Assembly (NCBI GenBank): GCA_039591655.1
Contig: JBDHDE010000046.1
Coordinates: forward strand, 1 to 23,097
Direction: 5' to 3'
Source: Gemmatimonadota bacterium
Lineage (GTDB): Bacteria; Gemmatimonadota; Gemmatimonadetes; Gemmatimonadales; GWC2-71-9
Length of the DNA: 23,097 bases
Part shown: positions 1-7,816 of the stretch, piece after piece
Numbering within the stretch: position 1 is the stretch's first letter
How the letters are laid out: each line of letters starts with the position of its first letter
Notes under the pieces: generated by a model
Databases searched by the model: none
The model's input: only the letters and a program-made list of their open reading frames with translations
What the model was told of the DNA's origin: nothing
Made by a program: the position numbers and the translations under genes

Positions 1-72
1 GGCGAGGAGCGGCGTGTTGCCGATCAGACACTTGAGACCGCGAATCCGGCGTTCGATGTCGTGGTCCGACAC
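1..72 (-). CDS. 5' end of a PLP-dependent cysteine synthase family protein (continues off the left edge)
   Basis: Not in the ORF track. Minus strand from GTG at 72 reads MSDHDIERRIRGLKCLIGNTPLLA, open to base 1. LIGNTPL is the typical N-terminal motif of CysK/CysM-type fold-type II PLP enzymes. A GGAGG Shine-Dalgarno lies at 82-86 on the minus strand. Confidence 0.7.
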   Translation of the reverse strand, partial: MSDHDIERRIRGLKCLIGNTPLLA

Positions 73-283
73 GGTGAGCCCCCTCCGGCTGCCCCTTCGG
101 ATTCTACCGATTCGTCCCGGGGCGCGGCAGACCCGTCGGGAGGTGCGCCCTTCCGCAGCGCGTTCCCCTGGCTCATGCCCTGAGCCGGATGTATGGTACG
201 GATGAGCGCTGCCGCGGCTGCGGGGAACGCGCCAATCCGAGAAAGTGTGGGGACGTGCGGGGCCCTCCCCGAGGAGTCGATCA

Positions 284-1456
284 ATGACCCAGACCTCCGA
301 TGTCATCATCGTCGGCGCCGGCGTCATCGGCTGCGCTGCCGCCTACCATCTCACCCGACGCGGGTTCGCGGTGACCATCCTGGAGAAGGACACGGTTGGG
401 GCCGGCGGCACCGGTCGCTCCTCGGCCATCATCCGCACCCACTACTCCAACGAGCTCACCGCGCGCATGGCCCTGCACAGCCTGCGGGTGTTCCAGCAGT
501 GGGACGACGAAGTGGGTGGGGAGTGCGGCTTCCAGCGGACTGGGTGGGTGGCCATCATGGACGCCCGGGACAAGGCCGGGCTCGAGGCCAACATCGCGTT
601 GCAGCGGGACGTGGGTATCGAGACCTCGCTCCTCTCGCCCGACGATCTCCAGGAGCTCATGCCCGGTGTGGAAACCGGCGACCTGGCCGCCGTGGTCTAC
701 GAGCCGGAGAGCGGCTACGCCGATCCCCACCTCACGGTGAACGGTTACGCCGACGCCGCCAAGCGCCTCGGTGCCAAGATCGTAGTGAACTGCGAAGTCA
801 CGGGCGTACGGGTTGCGGGAGATACGGTTGTAGGCGTGGATGCCACCCGAGGTCGGTTCGACGCCCCGGTGATCGTGAACTGCGCCGGGCCCTGGGGAGC
901 GCGGGTCGCGGCCATGACAGGCGTGGACGCGCCCATCAACTCCTGCCGCGTACAGGTAGCCGTGTTCCGGCGGCCGCCGGGATTCAAGACGCACCCGGTG
1001 GTGATGGACTTTCTCCAGGGGGCCTACTTCCGGGCGGAGACCGGGAATCTCACCATCGCGGGCTCCATCGATCCATCCGAGGCCAATGCGGTGGTGGACC
1101 CCGACGATTACGCCGAGCACGCCGACGCTGAGTTCGAGGCAGAGATGGGTGAGATGTTCATGCGCCGCTACCCGCCGATGGAGATGAGCGAGAGCTTAGG
1201 GGGCTATGCCAGCATCTACGCAGTGACGCCGGACTGGCACCCCATCATCGATGAGGTTCCCGAGGGAAGCGGCTCCTACATCTGCTCCGGTTTCAGCGGG
1301 CACGGCTACAAGCTGGCGCCGGCCGTCGGCCTGATGGTGGCAGAGCGCATCGCGGGCGAGTCGAATCCTGCGTTCCCCACAGACCTCTTCAGGCTCAGCC
1401 GCTATGCCGAGGACGCACCCGTACGGGGTCAGTACGAGTACAGCATTGCTGGGTGA
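284..1456 (+). CDS. FAD-dependent oxidoreductase, DAO / sarcosine oxidase beta-subunit-like family
   Basis: N-terminal FAD motif VIIVGAGVIG...ILEK, GGTGRSSAIIR, GYADPH, TPDWHPII and GFSGHGYKLAPAVG. Start set at ATG 284 (GAGGAG at 271-276) rather than the ORF-track start at 245. Confidence 0.9.
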   Translation: MTQTSDVIIVGAGVIGCAAAYHLTRRGFAVTILEKDTVGAGGTGRSSAIIRTHYSNELTARMALHSLRVFQQWDDEVGGECGFQRTGWVAIMDARDKAGLEANIALQRDVGIETSLLSPDDLQELMPGVETGDLAAVVYEPESGYADPHLTVNGYADAAKRLGAKIVVNCEVTGVRVAGDTVVGVDATRGRFDAPVIVNCAGPWGARVAAMTGVDAPINSCRVQVAVFRRPPGFKTHPVVMDFLQGAYFRAETGNLTIAGSIDPSEANAVVDPDDYAEHADAEFEAEMGEMFMRRYPPMEMSESLGGYASIYAVTPDWHPIIDEVPEGSGSYICSGFSGHGYKLAPAVGLMVAERIAGESNPAFPTDLFRLSRYAEDAPVRGQYEYSIAG

Positions 1457-2724
1457 GGAAGCCTTCAGCCGTGGCTGATCGCCGCGTCATCGTAGTCGGG
1501 GGTGGCGTGATCGGCGTCTGCTCAGCGTACTTCCTCGCCCAGCGGGGCGCCGCCGTCACGCTGATCGAGCGGGAAGACATCGGTAACGGCGCCTCGTTCG
1601 GCAACGCCGGCTGCATCGCGCCGGGGCACGGACCCATCAACAAGCCCGGACGCGTGCGCCAGGCCCTCGAGTCGATGTTCGATGAGCTGAGCCCGCTCTA
1701 CGTGGCCCCACGCCTCGACCCGGCGCTGCTGAAGTGGCTCTGGACGTTTAGCCGGCACTGCTCGGAGTTGCACCTGGACCATTCCATGCGGGCGCTGGGG
1801 CCGCTGGGGCATGCGAGCAGGGAGCTGTTCCAGCGGCTGGAGGACCAGGAGGGCCTCGACTGCGCCTACCGAAACGACGGCTACTACGAAGTCTTTCTCA
1901 CCCAGTCCAAGCTCGAGGCCACGCAGCGCGAGGCCGAACTCATGCGGCGGGAGGGCTATCGGCCCGAGACGTTAGTCGGGGATGCGTTGCGTGAGCGGGA
2001 GCCGGCGCTTAACGACGCGGTCGTGGGCGCGGTGTTCTACCCCGAGGCAGCGAGCGTCAATCCCCACCGGTTCGTTACGGAACTGGCGGAGCGGGCCCGG
2101 CGCGCCGGCACGGTGGTGCGAACCGGGACCGAGGTCGCGGAGCTCGTGACCGGGGGAGGCGCGGTCCGCGGAGTTCGGAGCCGTGACGGTGAGACTATGG
2201 AGGCCGATGCCGTCCTGCTGGCCACGGGAGCGTACAGCCTCCACCTGGCCGGCGGTCTGGGGTTCGATCTGCCGCTCCAGCCAGCCAAGGGGTATCACCG
2301 GGACCGCGAGCCGAGCCCGGGGGAGACGCCTGCACTGGGCACGACCTGCATGCTGGGGGAGAGGTCGGTGTTCTGCACGCCGATGGACGGCTTCGTGCGC
2401 TTCGCCGGTACGCTGGAGTTCTCGGGAGAGAATCACGAGATCCGGCGGCCACGGCTGGAGCAGTTGACGAACGCGGCGGCCCAGTACCTCGATGGCGTTA
2501 GCGCAGCGACGTCACTCTCGGAGTGGTGCGGCCTGAGACCGTGCATCGCCGACGGGCTACCCGTCGTAGGGCCGATTGCCGGCTACACCGGGGCCTTCGT
2601 GGCCACCGGGCACGCCATGCTGGGTCTCACCCTTGGTCCCGTCACGGGCAAGCTCGTCGCCGAGTACGTGCTGGACGGAAGCCCGTCACTCGACATCTCC
2701 GCGCTCCGTGCCGACCGGTTCTGA
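1453..2724 (+). CDS. dadA: D-amino acid dehydrogenase (DadA-like FAD-dependent oxidoreductase)
   Basis: VIVVGGGVIG, GASFGNAG, LQPAKGY, RFAGTLEF, WCGLRP, ATGHAMLGLTLGPVTG. GTG start overlaps the upstream stop (GTGA). GTG 1471 is an alternative start. Confidence 0.85.
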   Translation: MRKPSAVADRRVIVVGGGVIGVCSAYFLAQRGAAVTLIEREDIGNGASFGNAGCIAPGHGPINKPGRVRQALESMFDELSPLYVAPRLDPALLKWLWTFSRHCSELHLDHSMRALGPLGHASRELFQRLEDQEGLDCAYRNDGYYEVFLTQSKLEATQREAELMRREGYRPETLVGDALREREPALNDAVVGAVFYPEAASVNPHRFVTELAERARRAGTVVRTGTEVAELVTGGGAVRGVRSRDGETMEADAVLLATGAYSLHLAGGLGFDLPLQPAKGYHRDREPSPGETPALGTTCMLGERSVFCTPMDGFVRFAGTLEFSGENHEIRRPRLEQLTNAAAQYLDGVSAATSLSEWCGLRPCIADGLPVVGPIAGYTGAFVATGHAMLGLTLGPVTGKLVAEYVLDGSPSLDISALRADRF

Positions 2725-2739
2725 GCACGCCGCGAGCCC

Positions 2740-4035
2740 ATGAGGCTCGTCAGCACCGCGGGCAAAGCGCCGCCCGCCGACCTCCGCACGGCCCTGTTCC
2801 AGGGCCTCGCTCCCGACGGGGGGCTGTACTTGCCTCAGTCGCTGGAGCCGCTCCCCAACGCCGTGGTGGACGGACTGCACGGGGGGACGCTGCGGCACGC
2901 AGCCCTCGCCGTTGCCCTGCACCTGATGGGAGACGAGCTGGATGAGGGTGGCCTCGCGACGATGGTCGACGAGGCATTGGACTTCCCCATTCCCCTCGTG
3001 CGGCTCGACGAGCGCACGTTCGTGCTCGAGCTGTTCCACGGACCCACCCTCGCGTTCAAGGACGTGGGCGCCCAGTTCATGGCACGGCTGATGATGGCGC
3101 TGCGCCCCCCAAACGAGCGGCCCCTCACAGTGCTGACGGCGACCTCGGGCGACACGGGCGGAGCGGTGGCCCACGCGTTCCTGGGCGCGCGGAATACCCG
3201 GGTGGTGGTGCTCTACCCGGAGGGGCAGGTGAGCCTGCTGCAGGAGCGCCAATTCACCACGTTGGGGGACAACGTGCAAGCGGTGGCCGTGGCGGGTGCG
3301 TTCGACGACTGCCAGCGGCTGGCCAAGGAGGCGCTCGGCGACCCTGAGCTCCGCCGCGAACTATCGCTGACCTCAGCCAACTCCATCAACATCGGCAGGC
3401 TGCTGCCGCAGATCTTCTACTACTTCCACGCTTGGGCACAGCAGCCTGACCCCACAGCCGATCTCGTCATGGCGGTGCCCTCGGGCAACTTCGGCAACCT
3501 CACGGCGGGGCTGATGGCGCAGCGTCTGGGCCTGCCGGTGGCCCGCTTCGTGGCAGCCACCAACGTGAACGACGTGGTGCCCGAGTACCTGCAGACTGGG
3601 GAGTTTCGACCCCGCGCCTCGCTGCCGACCATCTCCACGGCGATGGATGTGGGAGACCCCAGCAACTTCGCCCGCATGCTCGCGCTGTTCGACGGGAATG
3701 CGGCCAAGATGCGGCGGCTCGTGGCCGGGAGCGCCCACATGGACGACGATACACGGGACGCCGTTGCACGGGTGCACCGAGAGTTCGGCTACGTGCTGGA
3801 TCCCCACTCGGCAGTGGGCTACCTGGGACTAGAGGCGGCCCGCGCCCGTCGTCCGGGCGGTATCGGCGTCGTGCTCGCCACGGCGCACCCCGCCAAGTTC
3901 GCGGAAACAGTGGAGCCGGTGATCGGGCGGAAGATCGCGCTGCCCGAGCGGCTGGCTGCGCTGCTCGACCGGAAGCCATTGGCGGTGCGGATCGACCCCG
4001 CCATGGAGCCGCTTAGGAAGGTCCTCCTCGCCTGA
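2740..4035 (+). CDS. thrC: Threonine synthase
   Basis: GLAPDGGLYLP, LELFHGPTLAFKDVG (PLP lysine), ATSGDTG, FDDCQ, SANSINIGRL, VPSGNFGN, DPHSAVG, ATAHPAKF. Confidence 0.96.
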   Translation: MRLVSTAGKAPPADLRTALFQGLAPDGGLYLPQSLEPLPNAVVDGLHGGTLRHAALAVALHLMGDELDEGGLATMVDEALDFPIPLVRLDERTFVLELFHGPTLAFKDVGAQFMARLMMALRPPNERPLTVLTATSGDTGGAVAHAFLGARNTRVVVLYPEGQVSLLQERQFTTLGDNVQAVAVAGAFDDCQRLAKEALGDPELRRELSLTSANSINIGRLLPQIFYYFHAWAQQPDPTADLVMAVPSGNFGNLTAGLMAQRLGLPVARFVAATNVNDVVPEYLQTGEFRPRASLPTISTAMDVGDPSNFARMLALFDGNAAKMRRLVAGSAHMDDDTRDAVARVHREFGYVLDPHSAVGYLGLEAARARRPGGIGVVLATAHPAKFAETVEPVIGRKIALPERLAALLDRKPLAVRIDPAMEPLRKVLLA

Positions 4036-4071
4036 GGGCGGCGAGGAGGACCGAAGCGAGGGACTACGCAG

Positions 4072-5889
4072 TCACTGCTGACCGACGACGCGCACCGGGT
4101 TGGCGACTAGACCGTCGGTCGGGACACCCACCTGTCCGGCGTCGTTGTAGCCCCAGCACAGGGCCAGTCCCGCGAGGGACATGCCGCAGGCGTGCCGTGC
4201 GCCGACATCCACCGATGTGAACGCGGTGCCCACGCCGATCTGTTCGGGTGTCGTGCCCCCAAATGGACCTCCTGAGGGCCCGCCCCAGCAGTACAGGTCG
4301 TTGTCCACGGTCACCCCGCAGGTCGGCGCGGCCGTCAATGTCTGGTCGTGCTCTACAGCGCTCTCTGAGAGGGTGCCGGCGCTGAGCGACACGAACGTCA
4401 GACCGCCCGCGACCGCCACCGGGTCGTCGCTCTCGGTGGTCGCGCCGTCCCCCAGCCCGTCGTCGTTTTGCCCCCAACAATACGCCTGACCGCCGCCCGT
4501 GATCCCGCAAGCGTGGCTGGTCCCCGAGGTGATTGCCGCGAAGACGTGACCGCCGGGCACACGCAGCGTGTCAGGGGACGCGTGCGAGCCGATGGCTCCC
4601 CAGCAGAAGGCCGTTCCGTCGGCCATGAGGCCGCAGGTGTGTCTGACTCCGGCGCTCAGGGCCACGAAGCCGGGGTGGTCCGTCAGGTGGGCCGGGGCAC
4701 GGGAGCAGGGAATGTCCAGTGCAGATGCCTTCCATCCACCGCCGCCTCCTCCGAACCCTCCTCCCGTGTATGTGAAGCCACACGTCTCTTCGCTCACGAC
4801 GCCGAGTTCGCCGCTGGCATTCGATCCCCAGCAGTAGAGTTGCCCGTCTGTGGCTACGGCGCAGGTGTGACCGCCCCCGGCCGCGAGCGCCGTGTAGCGG
4901 CGATTACCCATGGGGCGCACCGGACTCTCGGGCTGCAGTGCGGACCCCTGGCCCAGTTGGCCGAGGTAGTTGCTGCCCCAGCAGTAGGCCGTACCGTCGG
5001 CCGTGAGCCCGCAGGAGTGCTCGCCGCCCGCAGTGATGGACAAGAGACTCAGGGGCTCATCTGGTTGCTGGGGTACGAAGGAGCGTCGCTCGGGGTATCT
5101 GTACTCAGGTCCCTGGAATGTTGTCTGCGTGCCACTCCCCCAACATGCAGGGTTTCCGGTATCGGTCAGGGCGCAGGAATGATCTCCGCCCGCCGACACC
5201 TCAGTGAGGTCGAGCAGCACGACAGCGACCTGGGCCGAGCCCGAGAACTCCCCGAAGTGAGCGGTGACCCGCGTCGTTCCGGCGGCTACGGCCACCACGA
5301 GTGACGGCATGTCGGGCCACTCCGCGTCACCCAGCCGCGCCACGCCGGCGTTGGCGGTGGACCAGGTGAACTCCTCCCGGAGCGCTTCGTAGGCGGGGGT
5401 CCACTCTTCCAGCAGGGGATCAGGGCGACCGTCCCACCGCGTGGGCATCGCCCGTAGCTGGAGCCAGTCGTACGGAAGCAGCCTCACCTGGCTCGGGGTG
5501 AGCGCGACTCCGGTGATGGGGCTTATCACGGTGATGTCCCAGCCGGTGCACGAGCGCAACGCGCAGGCCTCTATGGTGGAGTGCCCCCTGCCTCGGGCCA
5601 CGGCGAGCCCGGTCTGGTCGATGCCCACCACGTTGGGGTCTGAGGAGGACCAGCTGAACTCTACGTCCGTGATCGGCGGGCCGAGAGGCGGACCATCGGG
5701 GCCCCACGGACCGTCGAGCTCTTCTCGTGCCACCGCCTCGAACTGCTCCGTGTCCCCCTCCTCCATCCACCAGAGCAGATTCGGGACGTTGACGATGTAG
5801 TAGGTGGACTCGGCGGGTCCCTCGGAGTCGCTACACCCGCCGAGGAGTGCGGGGCCGAGCAGCAGTGCGATGGGCAGGATAGACCGCAT
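4072..5889 (-). CDS. Lipoprotein with two Ig-like (Big_2-type) domains and a C-terminal RCC1/BLIP-II-type beta-propeller
   Basis: Signal peptide MRSILPIALLLGPALLGGC with a lipobox-like cysteine (start ATG 5889). WSSSDPNVVGID and WSTANAGVA are Ig-like motifs. Seven repeats of the pattern (S/T/A)AGxxH(S/T/A)CG(L/I)...(Y/F)CWG, one of them degenerate. Confidence 0.88.
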   Translation of the reverse strand: MRSILPIALLLGPALLGGCSDSEGPAESTYYIVNVPNLLWWMEEGDTEQFEAVAREELDGPWGPDGPPLGPPITDVEFSWSSSDPNVVGIDQTGLAVARGRGHSTIEACALRSCTGWDITVISPITGVALTPSQVRLLPYDWLQLRAMPTRWDGRPDPLLEEWTPAYEALREEFTWSTANAGVARLGDAEWPDMPSLVVAVAAGTTRVTAHFGEFSGSAQVAVVLLDLTEVSAGGDHSCALTDTGNPACWGSGTQTTFQGPEYRYPERRSFVPQQPDEPLSLLSITAGGEHSCGLTADGTAYCWGSNYLGQLGQGSALQPESPVRPMGNRRYTALAAGGGHTCAVATDGQLYCWGSNASGELGVVSEETCGFTYTGGGFGGGGGGWKASALDIPCSRAPAHLTDHPGFVALSAGVRHTCGLMADGTAFCWGAIGSHASPDTLRVPGGHVFAAITSGTSHACGITGGGQAYCWGQNDDGLGDGATTESDDPVAVAGGLTFVSLSAGTLSESAVEHDQTLTAAPTCGVTVDNDLYCWGGPSGGPFGGTTPEQIGVGTAFTSVDVGARHACGMSLAGLALCWGYNDAGQVGVPTDGLVANPVRVVGQQ

Positions 5890-6062
5890 GGGATCCCGTG
5901 CCTGTGGGTGTCGCACCAATAGTCTCTGCCCGGTGTCAAGCGAGCGTCAAGCCCGGAATCCCGAGTGCTCACGTCGGTCTGAGCCGCCTTGGCACCGCAG
6001 CTGACTGTCTGAGGCCGGACCCCGGGGCCGTGCTCTCGCGAGACCCCTCCGGAGCGTAGATT

Positions 6063-7616
6063 GTGCCCGTGCTCGGCCTCCCGCGAACTGACTGGCCCCG
6101 GCTGACCGCCGCGGCGCTGCTGCTCAACGCGGCGCTCCCGCCGTTCCATCTACTGCTGCCGTCGCTCGTATGCCTGGTGCCGGTGGTATTGCTGCTGGAC
6201 GAGGATGCGCCGCAGGGGCCCCGCCTCCGGGTGCAGTTCGTGCGGGGCTTCTGGTTCGGCGTCATGGCCAATGCCGTCCTGTTCCACTGGGTGGCGGTGG
6301 CGCTGTGGAAGGTCAGACCGTGGGTCTGGCTGGCGTACGGGCCCGCGATCCTGTTGCTCGGGGTCTACACGGGGGCTCTCTTCGCCTTCGTCAGCTGGGT
6401 GAGGCGCAGCACCGGGCTGCCGCTCCTCCTGGTGTTCCCCGCGGCATGGACGGCGCTGGAGTGGCTGTTGGCGCGCCATGGTCTGGTCGAGCTCTCCTGG
6501 CTGGGCCTGGGCACTTCCCTCACCGGATACCCCGTGCTGGTGCAGCTCGGGGACACGGTGGGCGCCCGGGGGCTGACCTACCTCCTTGCCACGGCCAATG
6601 TCGCCTTGGCGCTGGCGTGGAAGTACCGTGCCGAGCGGCGGCGGCGCACCGTGCTCCTGAGCGGTGTAGTCCTGGGCCTGGTGGTCGCGACACTGTACGG
6701 TGTTTGGCGCATGCGCACGATACCTCTCAGAGAGGCCGGGCGCGTCACGGTGGTGCAGCCCAACCTTGAGGCTCGACGCAAGTGGACGCCCGGGGCCGGC
6801 GCGGGGATCTTCGCGGCGACGCTGGCACTGTCGGACAGCGGCGCGCGCGCCACGGCACCGCACCTGATCGTCTGGCCCGAAGTCGCGCTGCCCACCATCC
6901 TCGCCTACCGTGCCGACTGGGAGCGACGGCTGGCGGAGCACGCCTGGCGTACGGGGTCGTCCCTCTTGATCGGCGCCCTGGACATGCAGGCCGCGCCTGA
7001 TGGGTCGGTGCGGACCTACAATGCGGCGTTCATGTTCGACCCGGTGCCGAGGTCGGATCGACAGCCCCCGTACTACAAGCACAGCCTGGTGTTGCTGTTC
7101 GAGCGGTTCAATGGGATCGCAGCGGGACGGCAGACCGGCCTGTACGAAACCGCGATAGGCCGGGCAGGGGTGATGATCTGCTACGAGACCGCGTTCGAGC
7201 GTTTCGCACGGTCGCACGCCAGGGCAGGTGCCACGTTCCTGTTGGACATGTCGAACGACGCCTGGTTCAGTGCCACCACCGGACCGTCACAGCACTTTGC
7301 CCACCTGGTGATGCGCGCCGTCGAGACGCGCCGGGGGGTTGCCCGATCCGCGAACACCGGCCCGTCGGGTTTCGTGGACCCGGTGGGGCGCCCGTATAGC
7401 AAGACGCGCCAGAACGAGGCGACGTTCATGGGCGCGCCGCTGGTCACTAGCGACGTAGTGCCACTCTATGTTCGACTGGGTGATTGGGTGGGCGTGCTGT
7501 CGCTGATACTTGTTGTCTGGTTCGGTGCAGTAGCCCTGCGGCGGAGCGGCAGACGGGAGCGGGTTCTCCGGCGATTATCGCGGATCCCCGGAGGGCTTCG
7601 ACGTAGCGTCCGATGA
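6063..7616 (+). CDS. lnt: Apolipoprotein N-acyltransferase
   Basis: Multi-TM N-terminal domain, VVQPN, catalytic triad context WPE / YYK / ICYE, then NDAWF, QH, RAVE and ANTG. The C-terminal tail overlaps a gene remnant in another frame (see findings). Confidence 0.9.
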   Translation: MPVLGLPRTDWPRLTAAALLLNAALPPFHLLLPSLVCLVPVVLLLDEDAPQGPRLRVQFVRGFWFGVMANAVLFHWVAVALWKVRPWVWLAYGPAILLLGVYTGALFAFVSWVRRSTGLPLLLVFPAAWTALEWLLARHGLVELSWLGLGTSLTGYPVLVQLGDTVGARGLTYLLATANVALALAWKYRAERRRRTVLLSGVVLGLVVATLYGVWRMRTIPLREAGRVTVVQPNLEARRKWTPGAGAGIFAATLALSDSGARATAPHLIVWPEVALPTILAYRADWERRLAEHAWRTGSSLLIGALDMQAAPDGSVRTYNAAFMFDPVPRSDRQPPYYKHSLVLLFERFNGIAAGRQTGLYETAIGRAGVMICYETAFERFARSHARAGATFLLDMSNDAWFSATTGPSQHFAHLVMRAVETRRGVARSANTGPSGFVDPVGRPYSKTRQNEATFMGAPLVTSDVVPLYVRLGDWVGVLSLILVVWFGAVALRRSGRRERVLRRLSRIPGGLRRSVR

Positions 7617-7720
7617 CCAGCGTTTCGTGATGATCCGGGCGCGCGGCGCCGGCCAAATCAGTGAACTGGTGGTGGTGGAGAACTTCTTCGAGGAGCTGAA
7701 GGGAGCGAGTGGGGCGCTGA
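7561..7720 (+). pseudogene. Remnant resembling the C-terminus of a Ser/Thr protein kinase with TolB/PD40-type propeller
   Basis: Frame +1 from 7561 reads GFSGDYRGSPEGFDVASDDQRFVMIRARGAGQISELVVVENFFEELK. Removing one G from the run at 7700-7703 continues it as ERVGR-stop (TGA 7718-7720). This matches the recalled tail pattern (Y/F)DVxxDxQRFxMI...LVVVxN(W/F)FEELK. There is an in-frame TAG at 7531-7533 just upstream. Confidence 0.7.
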
Positions 7721-7783
7721 GCCGGCGACTTCCCAGCTTACTGTAGGACTGTCGCTGGCCTATCTGACCGCCTGCGCCGCCAA

Positions 7784-7813
7784 GGCCACACGAAGAGCAC
7801 CAAGAGTGTGGCC
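7784..7813 (-). terminator. Possible hairpin directly after the SSS transporter stop codon
   Basis: Perfect 8-bp inverted repeat GGCCACAC (7784-7791) / GTGTGGCC (7806-7813) with a 14-nt loop, between convergent genes. No clear U-tract, so support is weak. Confidence 0.3.
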
Positions 7814-7816
7814 GGA

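Noticed and set aside
73..283. Glycine, SAM or TPP riboswitch upstream of the amino-acid genes
   Set aside because: Conserved aptamer motifs were not recognisable on either strand by eye.
4100..5220. Recurring DNA similarity (CCCCAGCA-type motifs) as a CRISPR-like or DNA repeat array
   Set aside because: Explained by the CWG codons of the RCC1 protein repeats. Spacing is irregular and the repeats are short.
5930..5955. TTGACA/TTGACG hexamers on the minus strand (GTCAAGC repeated twice) as a promoter for the RCC1 gene
   Set aside because: No convincing -10 element at 16-18 nt spacing.
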